Positions 36,460 to 47,248 of a DNA stretch of 64,000 nucleotides are shown here, one piece after another. Each line of letters starts with the position of its first letter. Position 1 is the first letter of the stretch. Origin of the DNA: Candidatus Amesbacteria bacterium GW2011_GWB1_47_19 (GTDB taxonomy: Bacteria > Patescibacteriota > Microgenomatia > CAZETR01 > Amesbacteraceae); assembly GCA_001002325.1 (NCBI GenBank), contig LCNZ01000002.1:7093-71092 (forward strand). The letters are read 5' to 3'. A program made the translations under genes and the position numbers. The notes under the pieces are model-generated. The model was not told the origin of the DNA. It searched no databases and worked only from the letters and a program-made list of their open reading frames with translations.

Positions 36460-37320
36460 ATGTCTAAATTACTTACAAAACTTTGGCAGATCTTTGAACA
36501 GGTAGTGTTTCATTATTCTTACCCCAGATACAATTACCCCTTATATTTCGTAGCCAAGCGCTATTGTAAATTCTACGAAAACAACGAAAATGGGAACCTC
36601 TCTACTAACGGCGAATTATTCTTTATTACCAGTATACTAAAACAAATTGACCCAGAGGTTTTATTTGATATCGGTGCCAATAAAGGAGAGTATTCGCAAT
36701 TAATATTAGATCAATTCCCTGATTGTATTATTCACTGTTTCGAACCCGATAGCAGGGTATTTTCCATACTTAAGACCAAATATAAAAATATTAACAATAT
36801 TAAGTTAAATCACTTGGCAGTATCCGATCACAACGGTAAAGCAAAATTCTATCTAAACAAGGACCCTGGACTGAATTCTTTATTTGACATGAATAATATC
36901 GGTTATCATTATGACAATATGCTTTCAACGGTAAGTCTTGAAACTATAGATAATTACTGTAAAACTCATTATATTAAAACTATCGATTTTGTAAAAATCG
37001 ATGTTGAAGGAGCTGAGCTGTCGGTTTTAATGGGAGGACCAAGAATGTTATCGGGTAATAGAATAAAAATGATTCAGTTTGAATACGGACATGCAGCCAT
37101 ATCTTCCAAGACCTTCTTAAAAGATATATATGATTTACTGTTAGGTTACAACTATACTATTTATAAAATTATGCCCCTGGGTTTGCTTCATCAGCCTTAT
37201 TCACCCTATAATGAGCACATCGCTTTTGCCAATTACCTGGCTGTAAATTCGAAAGTCAAAATCAATTCTGAATATTTAATAAATCGACCAGATATTTATC
37301 GTCAAGTTCCCATAATATGA
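36460..37320 (+). CDS. FkbM-family methyltransferase
   Basis: LFDIGANKGEYS...CFEPDSRVF...IDFVKIDVEGAELSVL, the defining FkbM pattern. Confidence 0.8.
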   Translation: MSKLLTKLWQIFEQVVFHYSYPRYNYPLYFVAKRYCKFYENNENGNLSTNGELFFITSILKQIDPEVLFDIGANKGEYSQLILDQFPDCIIHCFEPDSRVFSILKTKYKNINNIKLNHLAVSDHNGKAKFYLNKDPGLNSLFDMNNIGYHYDNMLSTVSLETIDNYCKTHYIKTIDFVKIDVEGAELSVLMGGPRMLSGNRIKMIQFEYGHAAISSKTFLKDIYDLLLGYNYTIYKIMPLGLLHQPYSPYNEHIAFANYLAVNSKVKINSEYLINRPDIYRQVPII

Positions 37321-38447
37321 TTACCGTTTTCTGCAACGTATATATAAATTCTCTGGAAAAGCTATCACTTTTTAAAGATACATTCAAAAATGTATTTCCT
37401 ATCAGCGATAACTGGCTTATCAATATCCGCGGTAAGTATAAAGACCAAGTAATTAAACAAATAAAAAAGATTCCGGGTAACAATCGCCAATGCACTTTTT
37501 TTCAAAATCTTAACGATGACGATTGGGCAGAAAGCGCTAGAGAAATGATAAAGGATGCAAAATATGACCACATCTATATATATCTGGAAGATCATTTTTT
37601 ACAGCAACCACTTTCACATTTCCGAAATGTAATAAATGATGCTATAAGGATACAAACGGACTTCATCCCCTACTCCTTTTTTGATATTGGAATGAGTACT
37701 AAGAGCGTTGAAATCTATAATCCGACAACCAGCCGGTATTTCGAAACATTTATATTGACACCCGAACTATTACCCCTGATACGCTCCTTCAACCCAAATT
37801 TCTATCCAATCTCTCTGGTAGGAATATATTCCAAGACATTATTAATTAAAGTCCTGAAAGCTGAAGATAAGAAAAAGTTGTTAGTTCATCCTTATATACA
37901 ATTATTCATGCAAAATGTTTTATTCACATATCCACGAAACCGTCGTTTAATTTTCTTTTTGAACAAAGTATTACAGATTTATAGGCTAGTGCTAAATACC
38001 CCAAAAAGCCCAATGAATATCGAAAGATCAATTCATGATATCGAGTTAAGTTTACTGCCAATAAAAATAAGTATTTTAAAGCAGGAATTGTTTGCAAACT
38101 GGGATGATGATAACGGTAGTTTAAACCTCAGTTTAATTAAGAGAGGTCTGTATCCAAAAAAACTTTTATGTACAGATAAGAACAACAACAACTCCGGTGC
38201 TAAATTATCCCGAGTTTTGAATTTGTCTAAAGGTGGTTGTTACTCCGCTCAGTACCATCCTGAAATAGGTCGAATAGTAAATATTCCTAAAAAGGAGATA
38301 TCAGTTATTCAAGGAAGTCTGATTATAGAGGGGATGGGAGAAAGGTATATTGCGAATTCTGGTAAAAAGATGAATATTTACGCAAATATACCGCATAAAA
38401 TAACAGCTCGAAAAATTACGAAATATCGGTCTTCAATCTACTTCTGA
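37317..38447 (+). CDS. Hypothetical protein (376 aa), no recognisable family
   Basis: Soluble, AT-rich; contains HIYIYLEDHF (possible acidic DxD-like site). ATGA-coupled to the FkbM gene upstream and followed directly by a GT2. Confidence 0.5.
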   Translation: MITVFCNVYINSLEKLSLFKDTFKNVFPISDNWLINIRGKYKDQVIKQIKKIPGNNRQCTFFQNLNDDDWAESAREMIKDAKYDHIYIYLEDHFLQQPLSHFRNVINDAIRIQTDFIPYSFFDIGMSTKSVEIYNPTTSRYFETFILTPELLPLIRSFNPNFYPISLVGIYSKTLLIKVLKAEDKKKLLVHPYIQLFMQNVLFTYPRNRRLIFFLNKVLQIYRLVLNTPKSPMNIERSIHDIELSLLPIKISILKQELFANWDDDNGSLNLSLIKRGLYPKKLLCTDKNNNNSGAKLSRVLNLSKGGCYSAQYHPEIGRIVNIPKKEISVIQGSLIIEGMGERYIANSGKKMNIYANIPHKITARKITKYRSSIYF

Positions 38448-38450
38448 TAT

Positions 38451-39254
38451 ATGACAGCTCCGTTGGTCTCGGTAGTCTTGGCATCATATAATAACGCCGG
38501 ATTAATTTCGGAATCCATTCGAAGTATACTCAATCAAACTTACTCCAACTTCGAGGTAATAATTGCTGATGACGGATCTGATGACGATAGTCAAAGTATT
38601 ATTAATAAGTTTGCTTCCGCATATCCCAGAATTAAAACCATTTTAAGCAAACAAAACGAAGGTATTTCAAATAATCGGAATAAGGCAATCAGAAAAGCTA
38701 CAGGTACATACATAGCAATTGTTGACTCAGATGACATCTGTTTACCAACTAGGTTATCAGAACAAGTCAAATATTTGGAGAATCACGCGAACGTGGGAGT
38801 CTTGGGTACCAAATGGTACGTTTTTACAGATAATCCGGATAACTTTGTTAAAGGTAATTTAAGCATTAATGATATTAACGCTGGAAAAGTACCTGTTCAT
38901 AATCCCACAACTATGATTAGAAAACAGATTTTTGATAATTATGGACTATTCGATTCCCGCATCCGCTACTGTGAGGACGTTGAATTGTACTACCGCTGGT
39001 ATAGTCAGGGTGTAGTTTTCAGAAATTTGAATAGATATTTAACAAAGTACAGGGTAGCTCATGGAAACAATACAGGTGAAAACATCAATGCTCTTTTGTA
39101 TTGGCAACTTTTCAAATTAAATATGATGGCGATTACAAAATATAAAATAAGATTTTCTTTATCTGGATATTTATTTACTCTAAAATTATTTTTATATTGC
39201 CTGTATCGTTCCTTACGATTAAATCATATATATTCTGTGACTAGAGATATATGA
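38451..39254 (+). CDS. GT2-family glycosyltransferase
   Basis: VSVVLASYNNAGLI...EVIIADDGSDDDS...AIVDSDD (DxD). Confidence 0.8.
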   Translation: MTAPLVSVVLASYNNAGLISESIRSILNQTYSNFEVIIADDGSDDDSQSIINKFASAYPRIKTILSKQNEGISNNRNKAIRKATGTYIAIVDSDDICLPTRLSEQVKYLENHANVGVLGTKWYVFTDNPDNFVKGNLSINDINAGKVPVHNPTTMIRKQIFDNYGLFDSRIRYCEDVELYYRWYSQGVVFRNLNRYLTKYRVAHGNNTGENINALLYWQLFKLNMMAITKYKIRFSLSGYLFTLKLFLYCLYRSLRLNHIYSVTRDI

Positions 39255-40345
39255 TTACGAAAACAATCTGCTTAGTCAATTTAAACGCTTACTGTTTGTT
39301 TAATCAGAAAAGCGAAGCCCCTATGGGAGGTGCAGAACTGGACATGTATACCTTGGCTCAGGGTCTTAAAAAAAAATATAACGTTACATTTATCACAGGC
39401 GATTGGGGTCAGAACCCTGAAGAAACCGTCCATGAAATCAGACTTATCAGATCAGTCAACTTAAAAGGTAACTATTTGTCAGGCTTACTGAAATTTATTA
39501 TCGCCCTTATCAAAGCAGATTCAGAGATATATATTTCTTCAGGAGCAGGACCGGAGGCAGGTCTGATTTGTTTATATAGTAGATTGTTCGGAAGAAAATA
39601 TATTTATCGGTCTGTCTCATCATTTGATTGTGATAACAGCTATATTAAAGGACACAGGCTATTGGGGTTAATATATTTATTTGCGGTAAACAATTGTAAT
39701 AAATTTGTAACCACCGTTAAAAATCAAAAAAAGCTATTATCTATAAGTCACCCGGGGGTCATACCCCGTGTTACCCATATTAATCAGGGACTAAAGATTT
39801 TCAAACGTAAAAATAATAAAAAGGCCGGTGTACTATGGGTTTCTCGCTGTGTCCCGTCTAAACATCCGGAATTGTTTATTGATTTAGCTAAGAGATATAA
39901 GAATTTAAAGTTTACCATGATTTGCCCCAAACAAGGAGGATTAGACAGCTTTTACGAAGACGTTAAATCACAGGCCATGCTGGTACCTAATTTAAAATTT
40001 ATCAATTACGTACCTTTTAAACAAATTCAGAAGTTCTATGACCGGTCATATATTTTTATTAATACATCCGACTTTGAAGGTTTTACATATACATTAATCC
40101 AATGCGGACAGGCTGGAACCCCGGTAGTTTATTATAGGGTAAACCCGGATGGAGTAATTACTAAACACGATTTAGGATATTTCTCTAACGGGAATTATCG
40201 ATTAATGTGCAGCCAAATCAGCACTCTATCCCGTAAAAATACTTTATGGAGGAATAAATCAGAAGCGATATCGAAGTATTTCCTTAAATTTCATGATATA
40301 GACAGCTTGATACCGAAGTGGACGAAAATATTTAACTCTCTGTAA
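39251..40345 (+). CDS. GT4-family (GT-B) glycosyltransferase
   Basis: N-terminal GGAE; C-terminal FINTSDFEGFTYTLIQCGQAGTPVV (E-x7-E region). Confidence 0.65.
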   Translation: MITKTICLVNLNAYCLFNQKSEAPMGGAELDMYTLAQGLKKKYNVTFITGDWGQNPEETVHEIRLIRSVNLKGNYLSGLLKFIIALIKADSEIYISSGAGPEAGLICLYSRLFGRKYIYRSVSSFDCDNSYIKGHRLLGLIYLFAVNNCNKFVTTVKNQKKLLSISHPGVIPRVTHINQGLKIFKRKNNKKAGVLWVSRCVPSKHPELFIDLAKRYKNLKFTMICPKQGGLDSFYEDVKSQAMLVPNLKFINYVPFKQIQKFYDRSYIFINTSDFEGFTYTLIQCGQAGTPVVYYRVNPDGVITKHDLGYFSNGNYRLMCSQISTLSRKNTLWRNKSEAISKYFLKFHDIDSLIPKWTKIFNSL

Positions 40346-40352
40346 AATTAAT

Positions 40353-41195
40353 ATGAGTCTGGATTTACATACATATGAGCTTACCTACTCAACCGGAAAT
40401 CACTTTAGTTTTGGAAAAAATTGGCAGAATTTCCTTAACTCTATTGATAACCTGCGAATTAATAAGTCTAAGATATCCCTATCTGAGTTTCTTGGAGGTG
40501 AGAAAAATATTAAAGGTAAATCGTTTATTGACTTCGGCAGCGGAAGCGGATTGTTTTCTTTGGCTGCATATCTATTAGGGGCATCAAGAATCGTTAGTGT
40601 AGATATCGATAATGCATCTTTAGAGTGTACTGAAACATTGAGAAGTAATTATGGCAGACCAACAAATTGGTCAATTACTAAGGGTTCGGCTTTGGATAAA
40701 CAGTTTATCAAATCTCTTGGAAAATTTGATATTGTATATTCATGGGGAGTACTTCACCACACCGGGGACATGTATCAAGCGTTAAATAATGTATCAAGCT
40801 TAATCGCACCAAGAGGTATATTTTATGTTTCTATTTATAATAAAACTACCAGTTGGCTTCAGGGTGGTCCTTCCTGGCAGTGGTTACGGATCAAAGCTAT
40901 TTATAATTCTTCAAATTCGGTTATTAAACAATTGATGCTATCGTGTTACACCTTGGTTCAGATTATAGGTTTAATATGTATCGCTCGAATAAACCCTGTT
41001 TCCTATATTTATAATTACAAAAACAACCGGGGTATGAGTTGGAAACACGATCTGATTGACTGGTTGGGTGGCTATCCTTACGAATATGCTACGCCGGACG
41101 AGATCATTAAACATCTGAAAATTTTACACTTATCGTGTATAAAGGTAGTTCCTACAAAAAATACCGGCTGCAATGAATTCTTATTTGTTCGGTGA
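40353..41195 (+). CDS. Class I SAM-dependent methyltransferase
   Basis: FIDFGSGSGLFSL (motif I), VSVDID (motif II acidic). Confidence 0.75.
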   Translation: MSLDLHTYELTYSTGNHFSFGKNWQNFLNSIDNLRINKSKISLSEFLGGEKNIKGKSFIDFGSGSGLFSLAAYLLGASRIVSVDIDNASLECTETLRSNYGRPTNWSITKGSALDKQFIKSLGKFDIVYSWGVLHHTGDMYQALNNVSSLIAPRGIFYVSIYNKTTSWLQGGPSWQWLRIKAIYNSSNSVIKQLMLSCYTLVQIIGLICIARINPVSYIYNYKNNRGMSWKHDLIDWLGGYPYEYATPDEIIKHLKILHLSCIKVVPTKNTGCNEFLFVR

Positions 41196-43190
41196 ATCGA
41201 TATATCTGTAAATACTTACATCATTATTGTCAAATACTTTTTCAAAATATGGCGATCTTTCGAACTTATCAAGTTTGGCTGGAATAAAGTTCATTCCATA
41301 CCACCAATCATACCTACTAAAAAAACTTTTCTGTTTAACTTTTGAATAAAGTATGTAAATGTTTACCTGTTTATGATTCTTGCCTTTGAATAAATAATTA
41401 TAATTATTTATTTCTTGATCAAGCGTTTCAAATCTTTTTAAGTAGTTTTTGCACAAGTCATTATAAGCAAGTGCTAATTGTTTAATATTAAAGTTGTTAT
41501 TTTGATCGACCGTTAAAGATACCAATTTATTTCTTTCTTTAATCAGAGACTCATCATAATTTTTATAATTGCTGAATATTTTTATCAATTGTGGATTTAA
41601 TGTATCTTCATTGAAATATTTAACTAGATTTTCGTCTAATAAATCAATTACCCAAAAATTACCGTATTCATTAATAGCAGGAAAGTTGCCGAATTGGGTA
41701 ACAACAAGACTTACCCCCTGTTGGTTATTAATATATTTTATAGCTTCAATTTCCTTGTGATTAATAGTATAAAAAGTGGGAAGGAAATTTACATATATGG
41801 TTGCTGCAATGGATCCAATCCATAAAAATATACCTACCTTTAACAGTTTTGGATATTTTTGTATGTTTCCAATGACAACCGGGGTCAAGAGTATCAAACC
41901 GATCGATAAAAGAGGAAATGCGCGAGATGGTAAAAAAAGAAATCCTAAACGGGGTAGTATCTCTAAAATCAATATATATATAAAACAAAAAGATAAGACT
42001 AAGATAATGTAATAATCAATCAATATCTTTTTTAGGATATAAAAATATACGAATAAAATGGATAAATATGGGAGTAGAAAAGCGATATTCGCGGCATAAG
42101 TCACAACCCCGAAATAATTCCTGAAAGGATTGAATCCTGCATAACTTTTTCGAAAGAATCCAAACAGGAAATTAATATGTATCCAAAAATTTGTATCTAA
42201 GTAAGGAATTATGGCTACAGTAGATAAAAGTGTCATTACCAGAAAAATCTTCTTATTACTTCTTGAAAGCAATCTGTACTTTATAATTAATCCCAAAACC
42301 AATAGCGGTAAGAACACCAGAATTGTATAGTGCAATTTCCAGCCGGTGGCGATTGTAATCAACAGAACAATTAACCATTCATACCAGTACTTGGTCTTAA
42401 TTAGCTTATAGAGTAAAAATATTACAAATGGCGATAAGACATAAATAAAAGTTTGTGGTCTGACAAAGCTCATTTCCATTATCAGCATGGGGACAGAGAA
42501 TAATGTTAATAAAGACAATTGAGACCTTGCATCGTCGGAGTAAGTATTAATGACATTATAAAAGCCGATTATTAGACCGATTCCGAATATCCAAACCATT
42601 CCAAAACGAAACAAGAATGTTAAATCAATTCCGGTTAAAAGATTTAGAAAAATAATTTGTGATTGCATCATAGGCTGATAACCTTCAGCTACCAGTGGAA
42701 ACAAGTTTGCTCTCCATTCAGGGTATTTAGAAGAATTTAGAGCCTCTTTAACAGCACTGAAGAAATATGAAGCATCAGGAGAAATAATATTACCCTGTCT
42801 ATTTATTATAAAAAAAATAAGTAAACAGTATACAAATACAGAGGATATTAAAAGGAAAGTCTTATGATTAAATACCCATAAATAATTAACCTCGTTTTGT
42901 CGGTAAAAGACTTTGCTCATTACGGCGTCAACTATTGCCAGGATTATAATCACTACGGTATACAACAACAAAGCGGTTAAACTATTCAGAGGAAATAATA
43001 GGGGATTTATCTTATGAATAAAAAAACCTATCAATGGAACTGTTATCATTGACAAAATAACTGCAATCCACCCATGCTCAACTGCGTTTAATCGGTTTCT
43101 ACGGAATATTATTCTGACTAGGTATATACCCGGCAACCAAAAAAATACAAACGATCCTATAATGATTCTTAATATCGATATTGGAAACAT
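41181..43190 (-). CDS. Large polytopic membrane protein (669 aa) with about 220-aa C-terminal soluble domain; candidate polymerase/GT-C-like
   Basis: About 14 TM helices; very AT-rich; no WWDYG; convergent 15-bp overlap with the methyltransferase. Confidence 0.5.
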   Translation of the reverse strand: MFPISILRIIIGSFVFFWLPGIYLVRIIFRRNRLNAVEHGWIAVILSMITVPLIGFFIHKINPLLFPLNSLTALLLYTVVIIILAIVDAVMSKVFYRQNEVNYLWVFNHKTFLLISSVFVYCLLIFFIINRQGNIISPDASYFFSAVKEALNSSKYPEWRANLFPLVAEGYQPMMQSQIIFLNLLTGIDLTFLFRFGMVWIFGIGLIIGFYNVINTYSDDARSQLSLLTLFSVPMLIMEMSFVRPQTFIYVLSPFVIFLLYKLIKTKYWYEWLIVLLITIATGWKLHYTILVFLPLLVLGLIIKYRLLSRSNKKIFLVMTLLSTVAIIPYLDTNFWIHINFLFGFFRKSYAGFNPFRNYFGVVTYAANIAFLLPYLSILFVYFYILKKILIDYYIILVLSFCFIYILILEILPRLGFLFLPSRAFPLLSIGLILLTPVVIGNIQKYPKLLKVGIFLWIGSIAATIYVNFLPTFYTINHKEIEAIKYINNQQGVSLVVTQFGNFPAINEYGNFWVIDLLDENLVKYFNEDTLNPQLIKIFSNYKNYDESLIKERNKLVSLTVDQNNNFNIKQLALAYNDLCKNYLKRFETLDQEINNYNYLFKGKNHKQVNIYILYSKVKQKSFFSRYDWWYGMNFIPAKLDKFERSPYFEKVFDNNDVSIYRYIDSPNK

Positions 43191-44284
43191 CAGATACAGG
43201 ATAATAAATAGAAGGTTAATTTATTACTCAAAAGATGAATATTATATTTGGAACTCATCAGAGCTTTTCCCATGGACCCCGCTTTCTTGGCTATATCGAT
43301 GTTAGAGATCAGATAAAGTAACTGTTGTTTTAAGATCAAAGCGTCCTGAGATCGAACTAAATATCCGTTATAGTTGTTAACTATAAGTTCCCGGTTTTCA
43401 GGAATATCTGTAGTAATTACCGGTATACTGCTGGCCATTGCTTCCATAATAGCATTGCTCATACCTTCGAAGAGTGTAGGTAAGACAAATATATCCGATG
43501 CGGATAATATGCTCGAAACGTCAATCCGGTCTCCCATGAATAATACTCTTGAACGGGAAGGATAATTCGCAATCTGTTTTTCTAAGGTGGTATGCATTTC
43601 CCCATCACCCACTAGAAACAGCCATACACCGGGGTGTTTTTTATATACTTCATCAAATGCCTGCAATAAATATTTATGTCCTTTATTTGGTAACAAGTTT
43701 GCAACACAAACTATAACTTTATCTGTATTTGTTATATGAAAGTGATTCCGATATCTGCTGCGAATGATATTTGACTTTCGATATTTTTTAAGATCTATCC
43801 CGTTGGGAATAACGGTAATCTTATCGGCTTTTACTCCCAATTTGGTGACATAAAATTTTTTAACGGACTCTGAATTAGCTAAATAGTTCTTTACAAAAAA
43901 AGAAGTTAATCTTTCGAATATCCTTATAGGTAGATATCTTGGATAATTATATGTGGTTCGTAAAAAAGGTATTATTCTGCAATTAGTCAAATTGCCAAGC
44001 AGTATTCTTCCCCAAAAATCCGCATGGAATAAGTAGGTAATCACCAAACTCGGATGAATTTTATTTACCGTCGGTAATAAATCAAAAATTGAATTAAGAT
44101 TAGTGACTTTAATCCCTTCAATTCGAAAACTGGAGGCTAATATACCCTCTGACTTGAGCGTAATTATTTCATGATCAAATAGATTTACAAGAGGTAAGGT
44201 GCGTAATAGCATATTTTCACAGCCTCCGTTGCTTAGTGATTGAATAAGGTGCAGTACTCGGGGTTTGTTATCCATGTGTACCAA
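43190..44284 (-). CDS. GT4-family glycosyltransferase
   Basis: VLPTLFEGMSNAIMEAMASSIPVITTD C-terminal GT-B motif. Confidence 0.8.
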   Translation of the reverse strand: MVHMDNKPRVLHLIQSLSNGGCENMLLRTLPLVNLFDHEIITLKSEGILASSFRIEGIKVTNLNSIFDLLPTVNKIHPSLVITYLFHADFWGRILLGNLTNCRIIPFLRTTYNYPRYLPIRIFERLTSFFVKNYLANSESVKKFYVTKLGVKADKITVIPNGIDLKKYRKSNIIRSRYRNHFHITNTDKVIVCVANLLPNKGHKYLLQAFDEVYKKHPGVWLFLVGDGEMHTTLEKQIANYPSRSRVLFMGDRIDVSSILSASDIFVLPTLFEGMSNAIMEAMASSIPVITTDIPENRELIVNNYNGYLVRSQDALILKQQLLYLISNIDIAKKAGSMGKALMSSKYNIHLLSNKLTFYLLSCI

Positions 44285-45335
44285 TGCAAGTTATACCGGC
44301 TTCTGGATGCTCATATGCTTTTATTTTTTTTAACCCGACCCTTTTATACCACCCGATTACCTCCTCCACTAAAAAATAATTGCATTTCGGTGTGGCAAAA
44401 ACATCGAAAGTATCATTTAACTTCATATTAAAAGGAAAATTTCGATAATATCCGAATGGGGGATTCTTAAAGTGTTCGGTCAATAAATTTATCATGTGCA
44501 CACCAAAGGCGGGGATATAGCAGATATAATACAGCAACTCTTTAGGGAGTCGGCTGGTTATTTTTCTGACGGGTTCATAGAAATACAAAGCCCGATTATT
44601 GTGTCTTCGATTATAGACCCAAACTATTAATTGCCCCTCTTTTTTTAGTAGCTTTGGCAATTTACTGAAACCCATATAAGGATCCGATAAATGATGTATT
44701 ACTCCTATAGAGTGTGCCAAATCAAAAACCCTCCCGAATGGTAAATTATAGATATCGCATTGAACAATGGCTACATTTGTCAAATTACGGGTAAGTTGAT
44801 AAGCGACCTCCACGGTATCTCCCAGATCTACACCAAATACCACCTTAGCCCCGATCAATGCTGGTTGTTTGGTAAATCGTCCAGATCCACAACCTACATC
44901 GATAATTGTTTTATTAGAAATCAATTTCTCATCGACAAATGGACCCGTAAAATGTAAGTAATTTTTTTGCTCAAAACTGTTTTCCCGATAGATATTTTTC
45001 CATTCAAAGGTAAAACTTTCTGCTGTCTTTCGTTGGTGAATGGAAAATTTATCTGAATCAGCTACACTCAGTAACACCTGCTTCCATTGTTTCGATACCG
45101 GAGTGGGTAATTTTCGGCGATATGTTTCAAAAAAATTGAAGTATCGTCGAAGCAGATCCGATTTAGCACCATTAACCAAAAGTCTGGGCACCCCGTTGAT
45201 TATTGGATACCACCAAGATGAAAAAAACAGAAGTCCATCTATTATTTCATTGTCGATTTGTTTAAATACCAGCTTTTGGGATATATTTTCACCTGTTAAT
45301 GGATCAACAAGATATTTTAAGAATTTATTTTTCAT
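44268..45335 (-). CDS. Class I SAM methyltransferase with N-terminal Cys-less Trm112-like domain
   Basis: YLVDPLTGENI...YPIINGVPRLL (Trm112/zinc-ribbon-like fold lacking Cys), then IIDVGCGSGRFT motif I. Confidence 0.7.
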   Translation of the reverse strand: MKNKFLKYLVDPLTGENISQKLVFKQIDNEIIDGLLFFSSWWYPIINGVPRLLVNGAKSDLLRRYFNFFETYRRKLPTPVSKQWKQVLLSVADSDKFSIHQRKTAESFTFEWKNIYRENSFEQKNYLHFTGPFVDEKLISNKTIIDVGCGSGRFTKQPALIGAKVVFGVDLGDTVEVAYQLTRNLTNVAIVQCDIYNLPFGRVFDLAHSIGVIHHLSDPYMGFSKLPKLLKKEGQLIVWVYNRRHNNRALYFYEPVRKITSRLPKELLYYICYIPAFGVHMINLLTEHFKNPPFGYYRNFPFNMKLNDTFDVFATPKCNYFLVEEVIGWYKRVGLKKIKAYEHPEAGITCIGTHG

Positions 45336-47218
45336 TAAAAGAAGGATCTAAACCAAAGCTCCAATGTTAATAATGCCCAAATTCTGTAAGAGAAATTCAA
45401 TTGAGTATGTTTATGTTGTACCAGTAGCTGTTTTATATAATCACGGTTAAATAAACCACGATTTGTAGTTTTTTTTGATAACAATACATCATTAGTATAG
45501 TCGTAGAGATCGGACTTAAACCACCTATTAACCGGCACGCCAAACCCCATCTTGGGTCTAAACATAACTTTATCCGGGATTATCCCCCTCAACGCCTCTT
45601 TAAGAATATATTTCTTATTATTCCAAAACCTCAGTTTTAAATTGAAAGGCATTTTTGCTGTTAGTTCCAGCATTTCATGGTCGAGAAAAGGAGACCGCCC
45701 TTCCAAAGCTACGGACATACCGGCAATATCAACTTTTACCATCAAATCGTCCGGCAAATAAGTATTTATGTCTGCATATAATGTTTGATCTAATTTACTA
45801 ATGTTTTTTACTTCATCAAATTTACTTTCAATCAGATCAAAGCTGTCATGGTTTTTGGTTAATGATTTAAATTTAGATAAATATAGTTTATCTTTCGATT
45901 CATTATCAAAATAACACATAAACAACAGGACGCGTTTCCTGTAATCCTCATCCATCGCCGAGGTAAAACGCCTCACCCGGTCAAGGTAGGCTGTTTTTAT
46001 AAATGATGATAGACTTCTGCTCATGGGTGAGAGTACCTTATTTAGAAGTGAAAAATGTTCGTACCACAAGCCTAAGGTTTGATAATGATATCCGGGATAT
46101 CCGGCAAAATTTTCATCTCCTCCATCACCGTTTAATGCCACCGTAACGTGCTCTCGGGTAAGTTTGGATACAAAATAAGTGGGTAGCGCGCTACTGTCGG
46201 CAAAAGGCTCTTCGTACTGTTTGACTAAATATGGAAGGATCTCTATGGTATCCGGTTTGACAATGTACTCAGTATGATCAGTCTTGAATAGTTGAGCAAT
46301 TATTTTGGCGTAAGGCAACTCATCAAATTTCTTTTCATTAAATCCGATGGAAAATGTTTTTACCGGTCGGTTGCTATATTTAGCCATCATGGCGACAACA
46401 GCGCTGCTATCTATCCCGCCGGAGAGAAATGCTCCTAAAGGCACATCGGATATCATCCGTAATTTTGTTGACTCTTCCAGCTTAGATAATATTATTTTTT
46501 TCCATTCATTTTCAGTAAAGTTCATTTTTTTTGAATAATCCAGCTTCCAGTAACGTTTATTCACCAACTTACCGGTCTTTATGTCCAGTAACAGGTAATG
46601 ACCCGATTCCAGTTTACTGATTCCTTTGAATCCGGTGAGAGGAGATGGACAATATTGATAGGTTAAATAATGATGGATTGCGATATAGTCCGGTTCCCTT
46701 ATGTATTCCGGTTGTGTCAGGATTGCCTTAAGCTCGGATGCAAAGATGAAAACCTTACCGTCTATATAATACTTAAAAGGTTTCTTGCCAACGCGGTCAC
46801 GGGTACAGAATAAAGTATCGTTTTTTTGATCATAAATTACAAAAGCGAACATCCCTCTCAAATGACTGAGGCATTCAATTCCGTATTTATCGTATAATGC
46901 CATAATAACTTCGGTATCTGTGTGTGATTTAAATCGGTACCCTTCTCTAATCATCTCTCGTCTTTTCTCCAGAAAGTTATATATCTCACCGTTAAATACG
47001 ATCTGGTATCTGTTTATATAACTCATCGGCTGATGGCCAAGGGCCGATAGATCTATGATGGACAAGCGGCGATGTCCTAAACCCACCTTACGGTCATTCG
47101 ATATAAAAGCTCCCTCATCATCTGGCCCCCTATGCTTTATGGCTTTTGTCATTTGAGCAATTTCCCGCGCGGAGACTGACTTTCCTGTAAAACTGACCTT
47201 TCCTGCTATCCCGCACAT
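45335..47218 (-). CDS. Asparagine synthase (glutamine-hydrolysing) homolog; WbpS-like amidotransferase
   Basis: MCGIAG (Ntn Cys2) glutaminase domain; LSGGIDSSAVVAMM PP-loop of the synthetase domain. Confidence 0.85.
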   Translation of the reverse strand: MCGIAGKVSFTGKSVSAREIAQMTKAIKHRGPDDEGAFISNDRKVGLGHRRLSIIDLSALGHQPMSYINRYQIVFNGEIYNFLEKRREMIREGYRFKSHTDTEVIMALYDKYGIECLSHLRGMFAFVIYDQKNDTLFCTRDRVGKKPFKYYIDGKVFIFASELKAILTQPEYIREPDYIAIHHYLTYQYCPSPLTGFKGISKLESGHYLLLDIKTGKLVNKRYWKLDYSKKMNFTENEWKKIILSKLEESTKLRMISDVPLGAFLSGGIDSSAVVAMMAKYSNRPVKTFSIGFNEKKFDELPYAKIIAQLFKTDHTEYIVKPDTIEILPYLVKQYEEPFADSSALPTYFVSKLTREHVTVALNGDGGDENFAGYPGYHYQTLGLWYEHFSLLNKVLSPMSRSLSSFIKTAYLDRVRRFTSAMDEDYRKRVLLFMCYFDNESKDKLYLSKFKSLTKNHDSFDLIESKFDEVKNISKLDQTLYADINTYLPDDLMVKVDIAGMSVALEGRSPFLDHEMLELTAKMPFNLKLRFWNNKKYILKEALRGIIPDKVMFRPKMGFGVPVNRWFKSDLYDYTNDVLLSKKTTNRGLFNRDYIKQLLVQHKHTQLNFSYRIWALLTLELWFRSFF

Positions 47219-47248
47219 ATCAAACAGAGTAAATTATATATTAAATTA

